Positions 21,939-28,891 of a DNA stretch of 32,000 nt are shown here, in pieces. The notes beneath the pieces were generated by a model that was given only the letters and a program-made list of their open reading frames with translations, did no database searches and was not told the DNA's origin. The translations under genes and the position numbers were made by a program. Positions within the stretch are counted from its first letter, which is position 1. Every line of letters starts with the position of its first letter. The DNA comes from Candidatus Saccharimonadota bacterium (GTDB taxonomy: Bacteria; Patescibacteriota; Patescibacteriia; 2-12-FULL-60-25): NCBI GenBank assembly GCA_016699205.1, contig CP064964.1, positions 330,001 through 362,000 on the forward strand, in the 5' to 3' direction.

Positions 21939-22952
21939 TTATTTTTTATGTAACGATCGGCCAACCTGCAATGCCATCTCTGCCAAGCGATGGGAGTATG
22001 CCCACTCGTTATCGTACCAAGCGATGACTTTTACCAGATCGCCATCGACGACTTTTGTGAGGCCGAGGTCGGCAATCGCCGAGGCTGGGTTGCCGATGAA
22101 GTCGGATGAGACGAGCGGCTCTTCCGTAACTTCCAAAATTCCTTTCCAGCGGGCATTCTTGGATGCTTTTTTGAGCGCGTCATTTACCTGCTCAACCGTC
22201 ACCTTCTTTTTAAGGACAAAGGTGAAGTCGGAAAGCGAGACAACTTGAACAGGAACGCGGATCGAGAGGCCGTCAAAGAGTCCTTTTAATTCCGGGATAA
22301 CTTCTGTTGTCGCGATAGCAGCGCCCGTAGTCGTCGGGACGATATTCTCGGCAGCTGCACGGGCGCGGCGTAGATCTTTGTGCGGACCGTCTTGGAGATT
22401 TTGGTCGGCGGTGTAAGCGTGGATCGTTGTCATCATCGCTTTTTTGACTCCAAAGATTTCGTGCATGACAGCAGCAACAGGTGTTGTGCAATTGGTGGTA
22501 CAGCTCGCATTATTAATGACCTGCGCGCCTTTGCCCGCTTCTTTTTCATTCACGCCGATCACGAATGTTGGCACGTCTCCCCCCTTGGCTGGCGCGCTGA
22601 TGATCACGCGCTTGGCTCCAGCCTCAATATGTTTGGAGGCACCTGCCAAATCCGTAAAGTGTCCCGTACATTCAAGAACGATATCGACATTGAGTTTGGC
22701 CCAGGGCAAAACGGCTGGATCTTTTTCTGCGTAGACCGCGATGGTTTGCCCGCCAACCTTGAGCGACTTGGCATCAGCCGAGACTGTGCGATCCCAAGCG
22801 CGATACGCCGTGTCATGCTTTAAAAGGTGCGCGAGCGTTTTGGTGTCCGTGAGATCATTGATCGCCACGACTTCAAATCCAGGCTTGTCGAAACCGGCCT
22901 TGAAGACATTGCGGCCGATGCGGCCGAACCCGTTGATAGCGATGCGTGGCAT
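21939..22952 (-). CDS. gap: glyceraldehyde-3-phosphate dehydrogenase
   Basis: MPRIAINGFGRIGRNVF...NASCTTNCTTPV...WYDNEWAYS. ATG 22952 is preferred over the listed upstream start 22973. Confidence 0.95.
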   Translation of the reverse strand: MPRIAINGFGRIGRNVFKAGFDKPGFEVVAINDLTDTKTLAHLLKHDTAYRAWDRTVSADAKSLKVGGQTIAVYAEKDPAVLPWAKLNVDIVLECTGHFTDLAGASKHIEAGAKRVIISAPAKGGDVPTFVIGVNEKEAGKGAQVINNASCTTNCTTPVAAVMHEIFGVKKAMMTTIHAYTADQNLQDGPHKDLRRARAAAENIVPTTTGAAIATTEVIPELKGLFDGLSIRVPVQVVSLSDFTFVLKKKVTVEQVNDALKKASKNARWKGILEVTEEPLVSSDFIGNPASAIADLGLTKVVDGDLVKVIAWYDNEWAYSHRLAEMALQVGRSLHKK

Positions 22953-22971
22953 AGAATGAATACAGTATAAC

Positions 22972-23010
22972 AAAATCCCGCCGAACTTGCGTTGGCGGGA
23001 TTTTCTTTTG
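22972..23010 (-). terminator. stem-loop after tsf (terminator or attenuator before gap)
   Basis: The stem is atcccgcc/ggcgggat (22975..22982 and 22994..23001). The minus strand continues ATTTTGTTAT, and the plus strand also has a T-run. Confidence 0.55.
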
Positions 23011-23018
23011 GCGTTTTC

Positions 23019-23633
23019 TTAGCACGCATTCGTCGCGTGAGCGGCCATCTGCATGCGCTGGAAGCGCGTGACCACAATCTTTTCTCCGATCGTTCCGGAC
23101 AAAGCCGTGATCATCTGCTCGATTGTTTTCTCATCATCCTTGATGAAGGACTGTTTGGTGAGACACACCTCGGTGTACCACTTAGCCAGCTTACCCTCGA
23201 TGATTTTGAGCTTGATGTCTTCCGGCTTTTTGTCGTCGGCCATCTCGGCGAGAAATTCCTGCTTCTTTTTCTCGGCGATGTCAGCCGGGATTGTTTCCGG
23301 ACTTACGAATGTTGGATCCATCGCTGCGACCTGGAGCGCGAGATCGTCGGCGAGAGCAATGAAGGATTCATTGCGTGCGACGAAGTCTGTTTCACAGGAG
23401 AGCTCGACGATAGCCGCCAGCTTTTTGTTGTGATGGACGTAGGCCGCGAGGATACCCTCGGAAGCCGTGCGCTCCGCCGACTTTTTTGCGGCCTTGATCG
23501 CACCCTTCTTTTTGAGAACCTCGATCGCCTTATCCATGTCGCCGCCAGCTTCTTCCAAAGCCTGTTTGCAGTCCACCATGCCGGCGGAGGTGCGGTTGCG
23601 AAGTTCGAGGACCATCTTGGCGTCGATTGCCAT
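23019..23633 (-). CDS. tsf: elongation factor Ts (short ~200-aa form)
   Basis: From ATG 23633: MAIDAKMVLELRNRTSAGMVDCKQALEEAGGDMDKAIEVLKKKG...ELSCETDFVARNESF. The listed start 23693 adds 20 non-conserved residues. Confidence 0.9.
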   Translation of the reverse strand: MAIDAKMVLELRNRTSAGMVDCKQALEEAGGDMDKAIEVLKKKGAIKAAKKSAERTASEGILAAYVHHNKKLAAIVELSCETDFVARNESFIALADDLALQVAAMDPTFVSPETIPADIAEKKKQEFLAEMADDKKPEDIKLKIIEGKLAKWYTEVCLTKQSFIKDDEKTIEQMITALSGTIGEKIVVTRFQRMQMAAHATNAC

Positions 23634-23704
23634 ATATTTTTGAATGTAATGATTTTTTATGGTGCTGGGTTCCCGCCTTCGCGGGAATGACATTCGATCA
23701 AATG

Positions 23705-24475
23705 CTATTTGACGGGTTCGGCGAAGGCCTTGTTCATCGTCTGACCATTCGGGACAAGCGAACCTCCGAGGCGGGCGCGGTTGGATTCCCAGTCTTTCTT
23801 GCCGTCATTGATCGCCTGAGCCATCAAGTCGCCAGTCATGGCGATAGCTTTCACGGCGTCGTCGTTAGCCGGAATCGGAAAATCGATATCGGACGGATCG
23901 ACGTTGGAGTCACAAACGGCGATGACTTTCACGCCGCGCTTGGTAGCTTCATCGAGAGCGGTCTTGTCCTTCTTAACGTCGAAGATGAAAAGCGCATCCG
24001 GGATGCGGGTCATGTCCTGAATACCACCGATCTTCTTTTCCAAAATCTTGATGAGTTCTGCGATCTTGAGCTGTTCAAACTTGGTGTATTTTCCGAGTTC
24101 ACCCTTCTCCTGCTTGCGCTTCAAATCCTTGTACTTGCGGATCTGGGCAGCGATGGAGGAAAAGTTGGTAAGCGTACCACCGAGCCAGCGCTCGTTTACG
24201 TATGGCATACCACAAGCTTTGGCAGCTGCCTCAACGAGAGGGGCGGCCTGCTTTTTGGTACCAACGAAGAGCACGACACCGCCGCGACCAGCGGTCTTGC
24301 GAGCAAAACCAAAGGCTTCTTCCATCGCCTTTTGGGTCTCTTCAAGGTTAATGATGTGGATGCCTTGGCGGGAGCCAAAAATGAACTTTTTCATCTTTGG
24401 GTGCCATTTGGATGTCTGGTGGCCAAAGTGCATGCCGGCTTGCAGCATGTCAGCCAATTGCGGGATCTTTCCCAT
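23705..24475 (-). CDS. rpsB: 30S ribosomal protein S2
   Basis: MLQAGMHFGHQTSKWHPKMKKFIFGSRQGIHIINLEET...FVGTKKQA...NERWLGGTLTNF. AAGGAG lies 7 nt upstream of the ATG. Confidence 0.95.
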   Translation of the reverse strand: MGKIPQLADMLQAGMHFGHQTSKWHPKMKKFIFGSRQGIHIINLEETQKAMEEAFGFARKTAGRGGVVLFVGTKKQAAPLVEAAAKACGMPYVNERWLGGTLTNFSSIAAQIRKYKDLKRKQEKGELGKYTKFEQLKIAELIKILEKKIGGIQDMTRIPDALFIFDVKKDKTALDEATKRGVKVIAVCDSNVDPSDIDFPIPANDDAVKAIAMTGDLMAQAINDGKKDWESNRARLGGSLVPNGQTMNKAFAEPVK

Positions 24476-24581
24476 ATCTTAGCTCCTTTTTTACGCGCGT
24501 CCTGGGACTCCGGATCCGCCGAGGCGGACAAGGGGCTGGAGTCTCCAATAGGTTGGACGAACGGTGTGATTTAGTGCCAAA

Positions 24582-24610
24582 AGAATAGCGGAACCCCTTG
24601 ATTTTGGCAA
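24582..24610 (-). promoter_or_regulatory. candidate rpsB promoter (followed by a ~100-nt structured leader)
   Basis: The minus strand reads TTGCCA-17 nt-TATTCT. The downstream leader contains nested GC-rich stems (GACTCC...TCCGC-CTCG-GCGGA...GGAGTC). Confidence 0.45.
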
Positions 24611-24657
24611 GAGTTTGGGCTATTCATATGTAACGCTCTTTTTCCCAGGAGGTTTTC

Positions 24658-25230
24658 GTGAGTGAACGATATCGGACACAGAGGATCAAACGCTGGGGCT
24701 CCAAATCGGAACGGGTACAGAACCCCTACTGGTTGAACCCAAATCAGATCGAGCCTATCGACCTGGAGCATCTCTCCCGCCTGAACGAATCCGAGGATGT
24801 ATCCAGGATGCGAAAGGCTGTCGAAGAGTTTGCTGCAGCCGATGGGGACATGCTCCTCGTCCGTGACTCGGCGAATCAGGTTCATAGCGAGCACAGCCGC
24901 ATCGTCGGATTCCTCACGTTCGCGATCGTCCCTGTCCTCGATGGACGGAAGCTTATCGTGACCGGGGTTCGAATCGAACCGGAGTGCCGCGTCGACGAGG
25001 TTCACACTGTTCTCCAAGCAGAGCTTGCTGACATTGCGAAGCGTAACGACATCCGACACTTTGACCAGGTACCCAGGCCGACGAGCGAGCGGCGCGTCCG
25101 CAACTCCGGCTACAGCGCGGTCAAGATCGTCGAACGCTTTGACGATCTGGTCCCCGATGATCCCAAGATCGACGATACTGCAGATGGTACGCCGACGAGA
25201 AGAATGGGGATTCCCGGGCGTAAACACTGA
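24658..25230 (+). CDS. hypothetical protein (acidic, loosely acetyltransferase-like, not assignable)
   Basis: GTG start 5 nt after a perfect AGGAGG. Third codon positions are G/C-rich in this frame. A plus-strand terminator follows 7 nt after the stop. The fully overlapping minus ORF 24571..25227 is its antisense shadow. Confidence 0.6.
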   Translation: MSERYRTQRIKRWGSKSERVQNPYWLNPNQIEPIDLEHLSRLNESEDVSRMRKAVEEFAAADGDMLLVRDSANQVHSEHSRIVGFLTFAIVPVLDGRKLIVTGVRIEPECRVDEVHTVLQAELADIAKRNDIRHFDQVPRPTSERRVRNSGYSAVKIVERFDDLVPDDPKIDDTADGTPTRRMGIPGRKH

Positions 25231-25236
25231 CTACAA

Positions 25237-25280
25237 GACCCCTGTACCAACACTCGGTACAGGGGTCGCTGCATTTTTTA
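25237..25280 (+). terminator. rho-independent terminator of the plus-strand orphan gene
   Basis: 12-bp stem gacccctgtacc/ggtacaggggtc with a 7-nt loop, followed by gctgcatttttta. Confidence 0.65.
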
Positions 25281-25321
25281 TAAAAAAGAAACGCGCCCCA
25301 CCAGAATTGGTGGGGCGCGCG
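25280..25321 (-). terminator. rho-independent terminator of lipoprotein gene 1
   Basis: The minus strand reads CGCGCCCCACC-AATTCT-GGTGGGGCGCG followed by TTTCTTTTTTAT, starting 4 nt after the TGA stop. Confidence 0.8.
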
Positions 25322-25324
25322 AGT

Positions 25325-26116
25325 TCATGAGGGCGTGATGCGGAGGACGATGATGGAGCCGAAAGCCGTCGGACGACTTTCCTGGCTCACATGACCATCC
25401 GCCGGTGCCGTGCTGCGCTCTACACCATCTTCCCACAGCCGATAGCCGGAGGAGTAGGCGGGGCAGCCGGTAGACGTGCACGCCGGACCCGACGCGTACG
25501 TCGGGTAGGCGTAGAAGGGACCGCTGCCAATGGTCGTTCGTCCAGGATCGGGAACGGTGATCTCGCACTCGGTCGTGCGAGCATCGATGCGGCGAAGGAC
25601 GTCGCAGGCGGAAGCGAAGACCGTGAGGCCTTCTGGATCCCGGTTGTCCGGCATGCGGAAGACTCCGCCGCCGGTGACCGTCCAGTAGAACTGAATCCTC
25701 CATCCAGTCACCTCGGGCGAGCCCTCGGTGTTCTGGAAGCGGATACAGAATCCGCTCGTGGAGTCTTCGCAGCGGCGCGGAGGGCCGCCATCGATGGGGA
25801 CGGGACCGGAGTCTCGTCCGGCGTCGGGAGGTGTTGCCGCATCCGTACCGGCGTCCGTGCCTGCATCGACTCCCCCGTCGGGGTCGATCCAGGCGTCGGG
25901 CAGAGGACCTGCGTCGCCGTCGGGAACCCAGGCATCGACTCCGCCATCGAGCGGCATGCTGCCATCGGGCAAGTCGGCGTCCGCGACGAGAGGCACGCAC
26001 AGCGAGCCCCCCGGCTCGTACATCGTGCCTACGGGACATCCGAGGGCACTGCGATCGAGCATGCAACCCGGCAGAGCCAGGAGCGTCACACAGAACAGGA
26101 GCGATTTTTGAGTCAT
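25325..26116 (-). CDS. secreted lipoprotein, Asp/Gly/Ala/Pro-rich linker plus 6-Cys C-terminal domain (paralog 1)
   Basis: Lipobox LLALPGC. The linker reads DADLPDGSMPLDGGVDAWVPDGDAGPLPDAWIDPDGGVDAGTDAGTDA. The C-terminal domain has CEDSTSGFCIRF...CDVLRRID...ECEI...ACTSTGCPAY. AGGAGG lies 5 nt before the ATG. Confidence 0.8.
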   Translation of the reverse strand: MTQKSLLFCVTLLALPGCMLDRSALGCPVGTMYEPGGSLCVPLVADADLPDGSMPLDGGVDAWVPDGDAGPLPDAWIDPDGGVDAGTDAGTDAATPPDAGRDSGPVPIDGGPPRRCEDSTSGFCIRFQNTEGSPEVTGWRIQFYWTVTGGGVFRMPDNRDPEGLTVFASACDVLRRIDARTTECEITVPDPGRTTIGSGPFYAYPTYASGPACTSTGCPAYSSGYRLWEDGVERSTAPADGHVSQESRPTAFGSIIVLRITPS

Positions 26117-26171
26117 TCGCCCTCCTTTTTGGGGCTAGAGGTTAAAGAGCTATCCAGAATCTGAACATCGA

Positions 26172-26200
26172 AATATAGCATAAAATAGGGGTTTTGTCAA
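26172..26200 (-). promoter_or_regulatory. strong sigma70-type promoter of lipoprotein gene 1
   Basis: The minus strand reads TTGACA-17 nt-(TGC)TATATT: -35 at 26200..26195 and -10 at 26177..26172, with an extended -10 TG. Confidence 0.6.
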
Positions 26201-26240
26201 TGGAATAAGAAGAGCCCTCCAATAGGCATTGGAGGGCTCA
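26200..26240 (-). terminator. rho-independent terminator of lipoprotein gene 2
   Basis: 12-bp stem gagccctccaat/attggagggctc with a 4-nt loop. The minus strand continues TTCTTATTCC. Confidence 0.7.
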
Positions 26241-26265
26241 ACAGAGCGATTATTCAGAACGCGTT

Positions 26266-26988
26266 TTATGGGGTGCGGAACTCCACAGCCATGATCATGC
26301 CATGAGGCGTGGGGCGGCGCGCGAGACTAACTGGGCCAGCACCAGGCATCGACGGGACGGATATTCCATCGATCCAGAACCAATAGCCTGTGAAGAAACC
26401 TGCGCACATCGTGCTGTCGCAGCGCGGGGTGGTTGCGAACGGGTAGAGGTAGATCACGCGCTCGGACGAGAGCGGAATCTCCGTGTACAGACAGTCGACC
26501 GTGTTGGGATCGATACGGCGGAGGCCGCCGACGCAGCTGTCGTACGTCCAGCCAGAATCGACAGTGACTCCCCCTTCCGTCCAGTAACGGATCGAGATAA
26601 TGGCGGTCGTCGGCGAGACAGGCTCGGGGTCTGTGAAACGAATACAGAGTCCGAGCTCGTCGTCGCAGGGATCGGGCGGGACTGGAGCGTCTCCGTCGAA
26701 CGAAGCGTCTGACGCCGCGTCATACGAACCATCGTACGAGCCATCTCGGTCGATGGCGGCATCGAGGAGCGAGCCGTCGGGTCGGACGCGTCCGGAATCA
26801 AACGAGCTATCGACCACATCGGTATCGGCAGACAGGCTGCTGTCGACGAGGATGTTGGCGTCGAGGTCGTAGCGACTCGCGTCGAAGGATGCATCGAGGG
26901 AGGCCGTCTCCGGCCGCGGATCGAAGTCGAGGATCAGGCCGCAGCCCGATACCGCAAACAATGAGAGTACGGAAATCAGGCGTGTCAT
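26266..26988 (-). CDS. secreted lipoprotein, Asp/Ser-rich linker plus 6-Cys C-terminal domain (paralog 2)
   Basis: Lipobox LFAVSGC. The linker reads SLDASFDASRYDLDANILVDSSLSADTDVVDSSFDSG. The C-terminal domain is colinear with paralog 1 (CDDELGLCIRF...CVGGLRRID...DCLY...RCDSTMCAGF). AAGGAG lies 6 nt before the ATG. Confidence 0.8.
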   Translation of the reverse strand: MTRLISVLSLFAVSGCGLILDFDPRPETASLDASFDASRYDLDANILVDSSLSADTDVVDSSFDSGRVRPDGSLLDAAIDRDGSYDGSYDAASDASFDGDAPVPPDPCDDELGLCIRFTDPEPVSPTTAIISIRYWTEGGVTVDSGWTYDSCVGGLRRIDPNTVDCLYTEIPLSSERVIYLYPFATTPRCDSTMCAGFFTGYWFWIDGISVPSMPGAGPVSLARRPTPHGMIMAVEFRTP

Positions 26989-27017
26989 CGCCAGCTCCTT
27001 TCAAGGTGCGTCAATCG

Positions 27018-27046
27018 ACACTAGTATTTAAATGTGTTTTTGTCAA
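27018..27046 (-). promoter_or_regulatory. candidate promoter of lipoprotein gene 2
   Basis: The minus strand reads ATTGACAAAAAC, with -35 TTGACA at 27046..27041. This is nearly the same -35 context as the paralog promoter (ATTGACAAAACC). The -10 17 nt downstream (TAGTGT) is weak. Confidence 0.4.
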
Positions 27047-27050
27047 TCGA

Positions 27051-27683
27051 TTATGCCTGAAAACCACCACCGGCAGTTTCTGATTTTTTTGGGATAATAA
27101 TCTTTGGCTGGAGCTTCATCTCCTGACGGATTTCCTCGCGCATTTTTCTGACGCTCTTGTTGGCTGGCTCGTCCTCGCGCGTCGCGCTACTCGCTACACG
27201 CTCCATCTTGTTTGCACGACCTGCGGCTCCGCGCATTCTGTCGAGCACGCTCATGTCCTCGCTTCCCGCTTCAGTCGTCTCGCCACCTTCTGCTTCTGCA
27301 CGCTGCTCGACCGCAATACGTTTCAGTCGATTTTTAATGGCACCAGCGGTGAGACCGGGGTTGGCTTTCAGCTGCGCATCACGGCTAGCCGTTAACACCA
27401 TCTCTCGCGCCGTCTTGGCCGTTCTTGCGAGTTTCACATCCTGCAACGCCTCCACAAGATTCTTCAGATCACTATGACGCCAGCCGGCACGATGCTCCCC
27501 CGTCAATACTTTGGCGATTTCTTTATGATCTTTTGCGCCGAGACCACGTCGGGATAGCGCTGACTTCATTTTTTCCTTATCGATTTTTCCAAGCGAGCGC
27601 TCAATGCGCTTGGCCGATTGACCGTGGAAAATCATTTTCCCGATACCGGAACCGATATCGACATTGGAGGCGCGTTGGGGCAT
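27051..27683 (-). CDS. hypothetical highly charged protein
   Basis: 210 aa, Lys/Arg/Glu/Ala-rich and probably helical. It has no TM helix and no recognisable family. The overlapping plus-strand ORFs are Ser/Arg-rich shadows. Confidence 0.55.
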   Translation of the reverse strand: MPQRASNVDIGSGIGKMIFHGQSAKRIERSLGKIDKEKMKSALSRRGLGAKDHKEIAKVLTGEHRAGWRHSDLKNLVEALQDVKLARTAKTAREMVLTASRDAQLKANPGLTAGAIKNRLKRIAVEQRAEAEGGETTEAGSEDMSVLDRMRGAAGRANKMERVASSATREDEPANKSVRKMREEIRQEMKLQPKIIIPKKSETAGGGFQA

Positions 27684-27710
27684 AAAAATATATTACCTCG
27701 AATGTAGGCT

Positions 27711-27756
27711 CATAAAAAGCGAAGCGCCCGCCCAGAAGAATTCCGGGCGGGCGCGA
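27711..27756 (-). terminator. rho-independent terminator of the oxygenase gene
   Basis: The minus strand reads GCGCCCGCCCGG-AATTCTT-CTGGGCGGGCGC followed by TTCGCTTTTTAT, starting 3 nt after the stop. Confidence 0.8.
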
Positions 27757-27758
27757 TC

Positions 27759-28817
27759 TCAGGCGGCGGGCTTCACTGCTTTCTCGCTAAGCGTCCTCAT
27801 CATGCGGGTACCGCACTTTTCGCGCTGATTAAAGTACCACTCCGCCGATGGCTCGTTAGTGAAACGGCCGATCGGCTCAAGCCACTCGCTTGTACGAATG
27901 TTGACAAACATCGTTGTGGAGACGCGCCAAGGCGCAACGCCCGAAAGCTTTTCCGCCTCGATTTTGGCGCGCGCTTCTTCACCGATCACGACTTCATGGA
28001 ATCCACGAAGCGTGCGGCCAGCGGTGAGATGCTCGAGTACACGGCCGCTCTGCAAGAGCAGACAGCCGTCGTCTGGAAGACGTACGGCGAACTTACGCCA
28101 GCCGCGCGTCCAAGCCCAGAGACCAGGGTAATTGGAACGGCCGTGCATGGTGATACACGAAAGGTCGTTGTGGAAACCGGCGGCGACTGTGCCCGGAGCA
28201 CCATGCTTGGAGAGATCGAAGCCGGTCGGAGCTAGCTTACGTGTGCCCAGATGAAGCTTGCTTGTGAACAGATCCGGCGATTCGCCGAAGCCGATTGCGA
28301 GAAGCTCCATCACACTGTCGACGGTCGATCCCATCGCAAGACCCCAGGCATCACTAAGGGTCGTCCAACCGTCGATTTCCATCGGCGTAAAACGCGGCAG
28401 GAAGTCGAGGTCAGGGAACTCGCTTTCAGCAGGGCGATCACCCACGGGGTCCATGTAGCGCTCTTTGGGATCTTTTTCCGGGGGCTCAAGCGGCTTTGCA
28501 TCGTCGGGAATGAGGTGCAAGACCTCGGTACGACGACGCGGCAGCTCCGTGAACGGAGGCCGCCAGCCGGTCTCGTAGATCTGCTTGCCGTTTGCGAGCG
28601 GCGGCTGGACGTATTGCTCCTTCACCTTCGGCGGAAGCCGGTAGAAGTCCTGCATCATGTTGCGGTATCGGACCGGTAGTCCGCGGTCGACACGGGGGTC
28701 GCGGAGGATGAGCACACCGAGCTCTTCCATCGCGGCCGCCACCTGCCTCGCTGCAACTTCGTCGTCGCCGGTCTTGAGGTACTGGGTCAGATCCACGATG
28801 GGAATCTCGATGTCCAC
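27759..28817 (-). CDS. 2-oxoglutarate/Fe(II)-dependent oxygenase (isopenicillin-N-synthase-like family)
   Basis: It has the N-terminal IPIVDL motif. The facial triad and 2OG-binding motif are in the usual order: HND (GFHNDLSCITMHG), distal His (RGFHEVV) and RVS (WRVSTTMF). GTG start with AAGGAG 6 nt upstream. Confidence 0.8.
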   Translation of the reverse strand: MDIEIPIVDLTQYLKTGDDEVAARQVAAAMEELGVLILRDPRVDRGLPVRYRNMMQDFYRLPPKVKEQYVQPPLANGKQIYETGWRPPFTELPRRRTEVLHLIPDDAKPLEPPEKDPKERYMDPVGDRPAESEFPDLDFLPRFTPMEIDGWTTLSDAWGLAMGSTVDSVMELLAIGFGESPDLFTSKLHLGTRKLAPTGFDLSKHGAPGTVAAGFHNDLSCITMHGRSNYPGLWAWTRGWRKFAVRLPDDGCLLLQSGRVLEHLTAGRTLRGFHEVVIGEEARAKIEAEKLSGVAPWRVSTTMFVNIRTSEWLEPIGRFTNEPSAEWYFNQREKCGTRMMRTLSEKAVKPAA

Positions 28818-28891
28818 GCTGTTCTCCTTTGAAAGTGCCGACTAAACGATATGGCGCGGGAAAAGCGTGGTCTAGCATTTTGGTCAAGGGT

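Noticed and set aside
22992-24574. Long plus-strand ORFs (22992..23690, 23627..24574) antisense to tsf and rpsB
   Set aside because: The opposite strand encodes unmistakable EF-Ts and S2. The plus-strand translations have no motifs and are Leu/Phe/Asp/Gly-biased shadows.
24571-25227. 218-aa minus-strand ORF fully overlapping the plus-strand orphan gene
   Set aside because: Its codon position 1 coincides with the G/C-rich position 3 of the plus ORF, which is the classic shadow arrangement. It lacks an RBS and would read through the rpsB promoter region. The plus ORF has AGGAGG and its own terminator.
25278-26164. Arg-rich alternative ORFs over lipoprotein gene 1 (25278..26066 -, 25391..26164 +, 25728..26111 +, 25831..26145 +)
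   Set aside because: Their extreme Arg/Pro/Ser composition is typical of off-frame reading of GC-rich DNA. Only frame 25325..26116 has an RBS, a lipobox signal peptide, a paralogue and a terminator.
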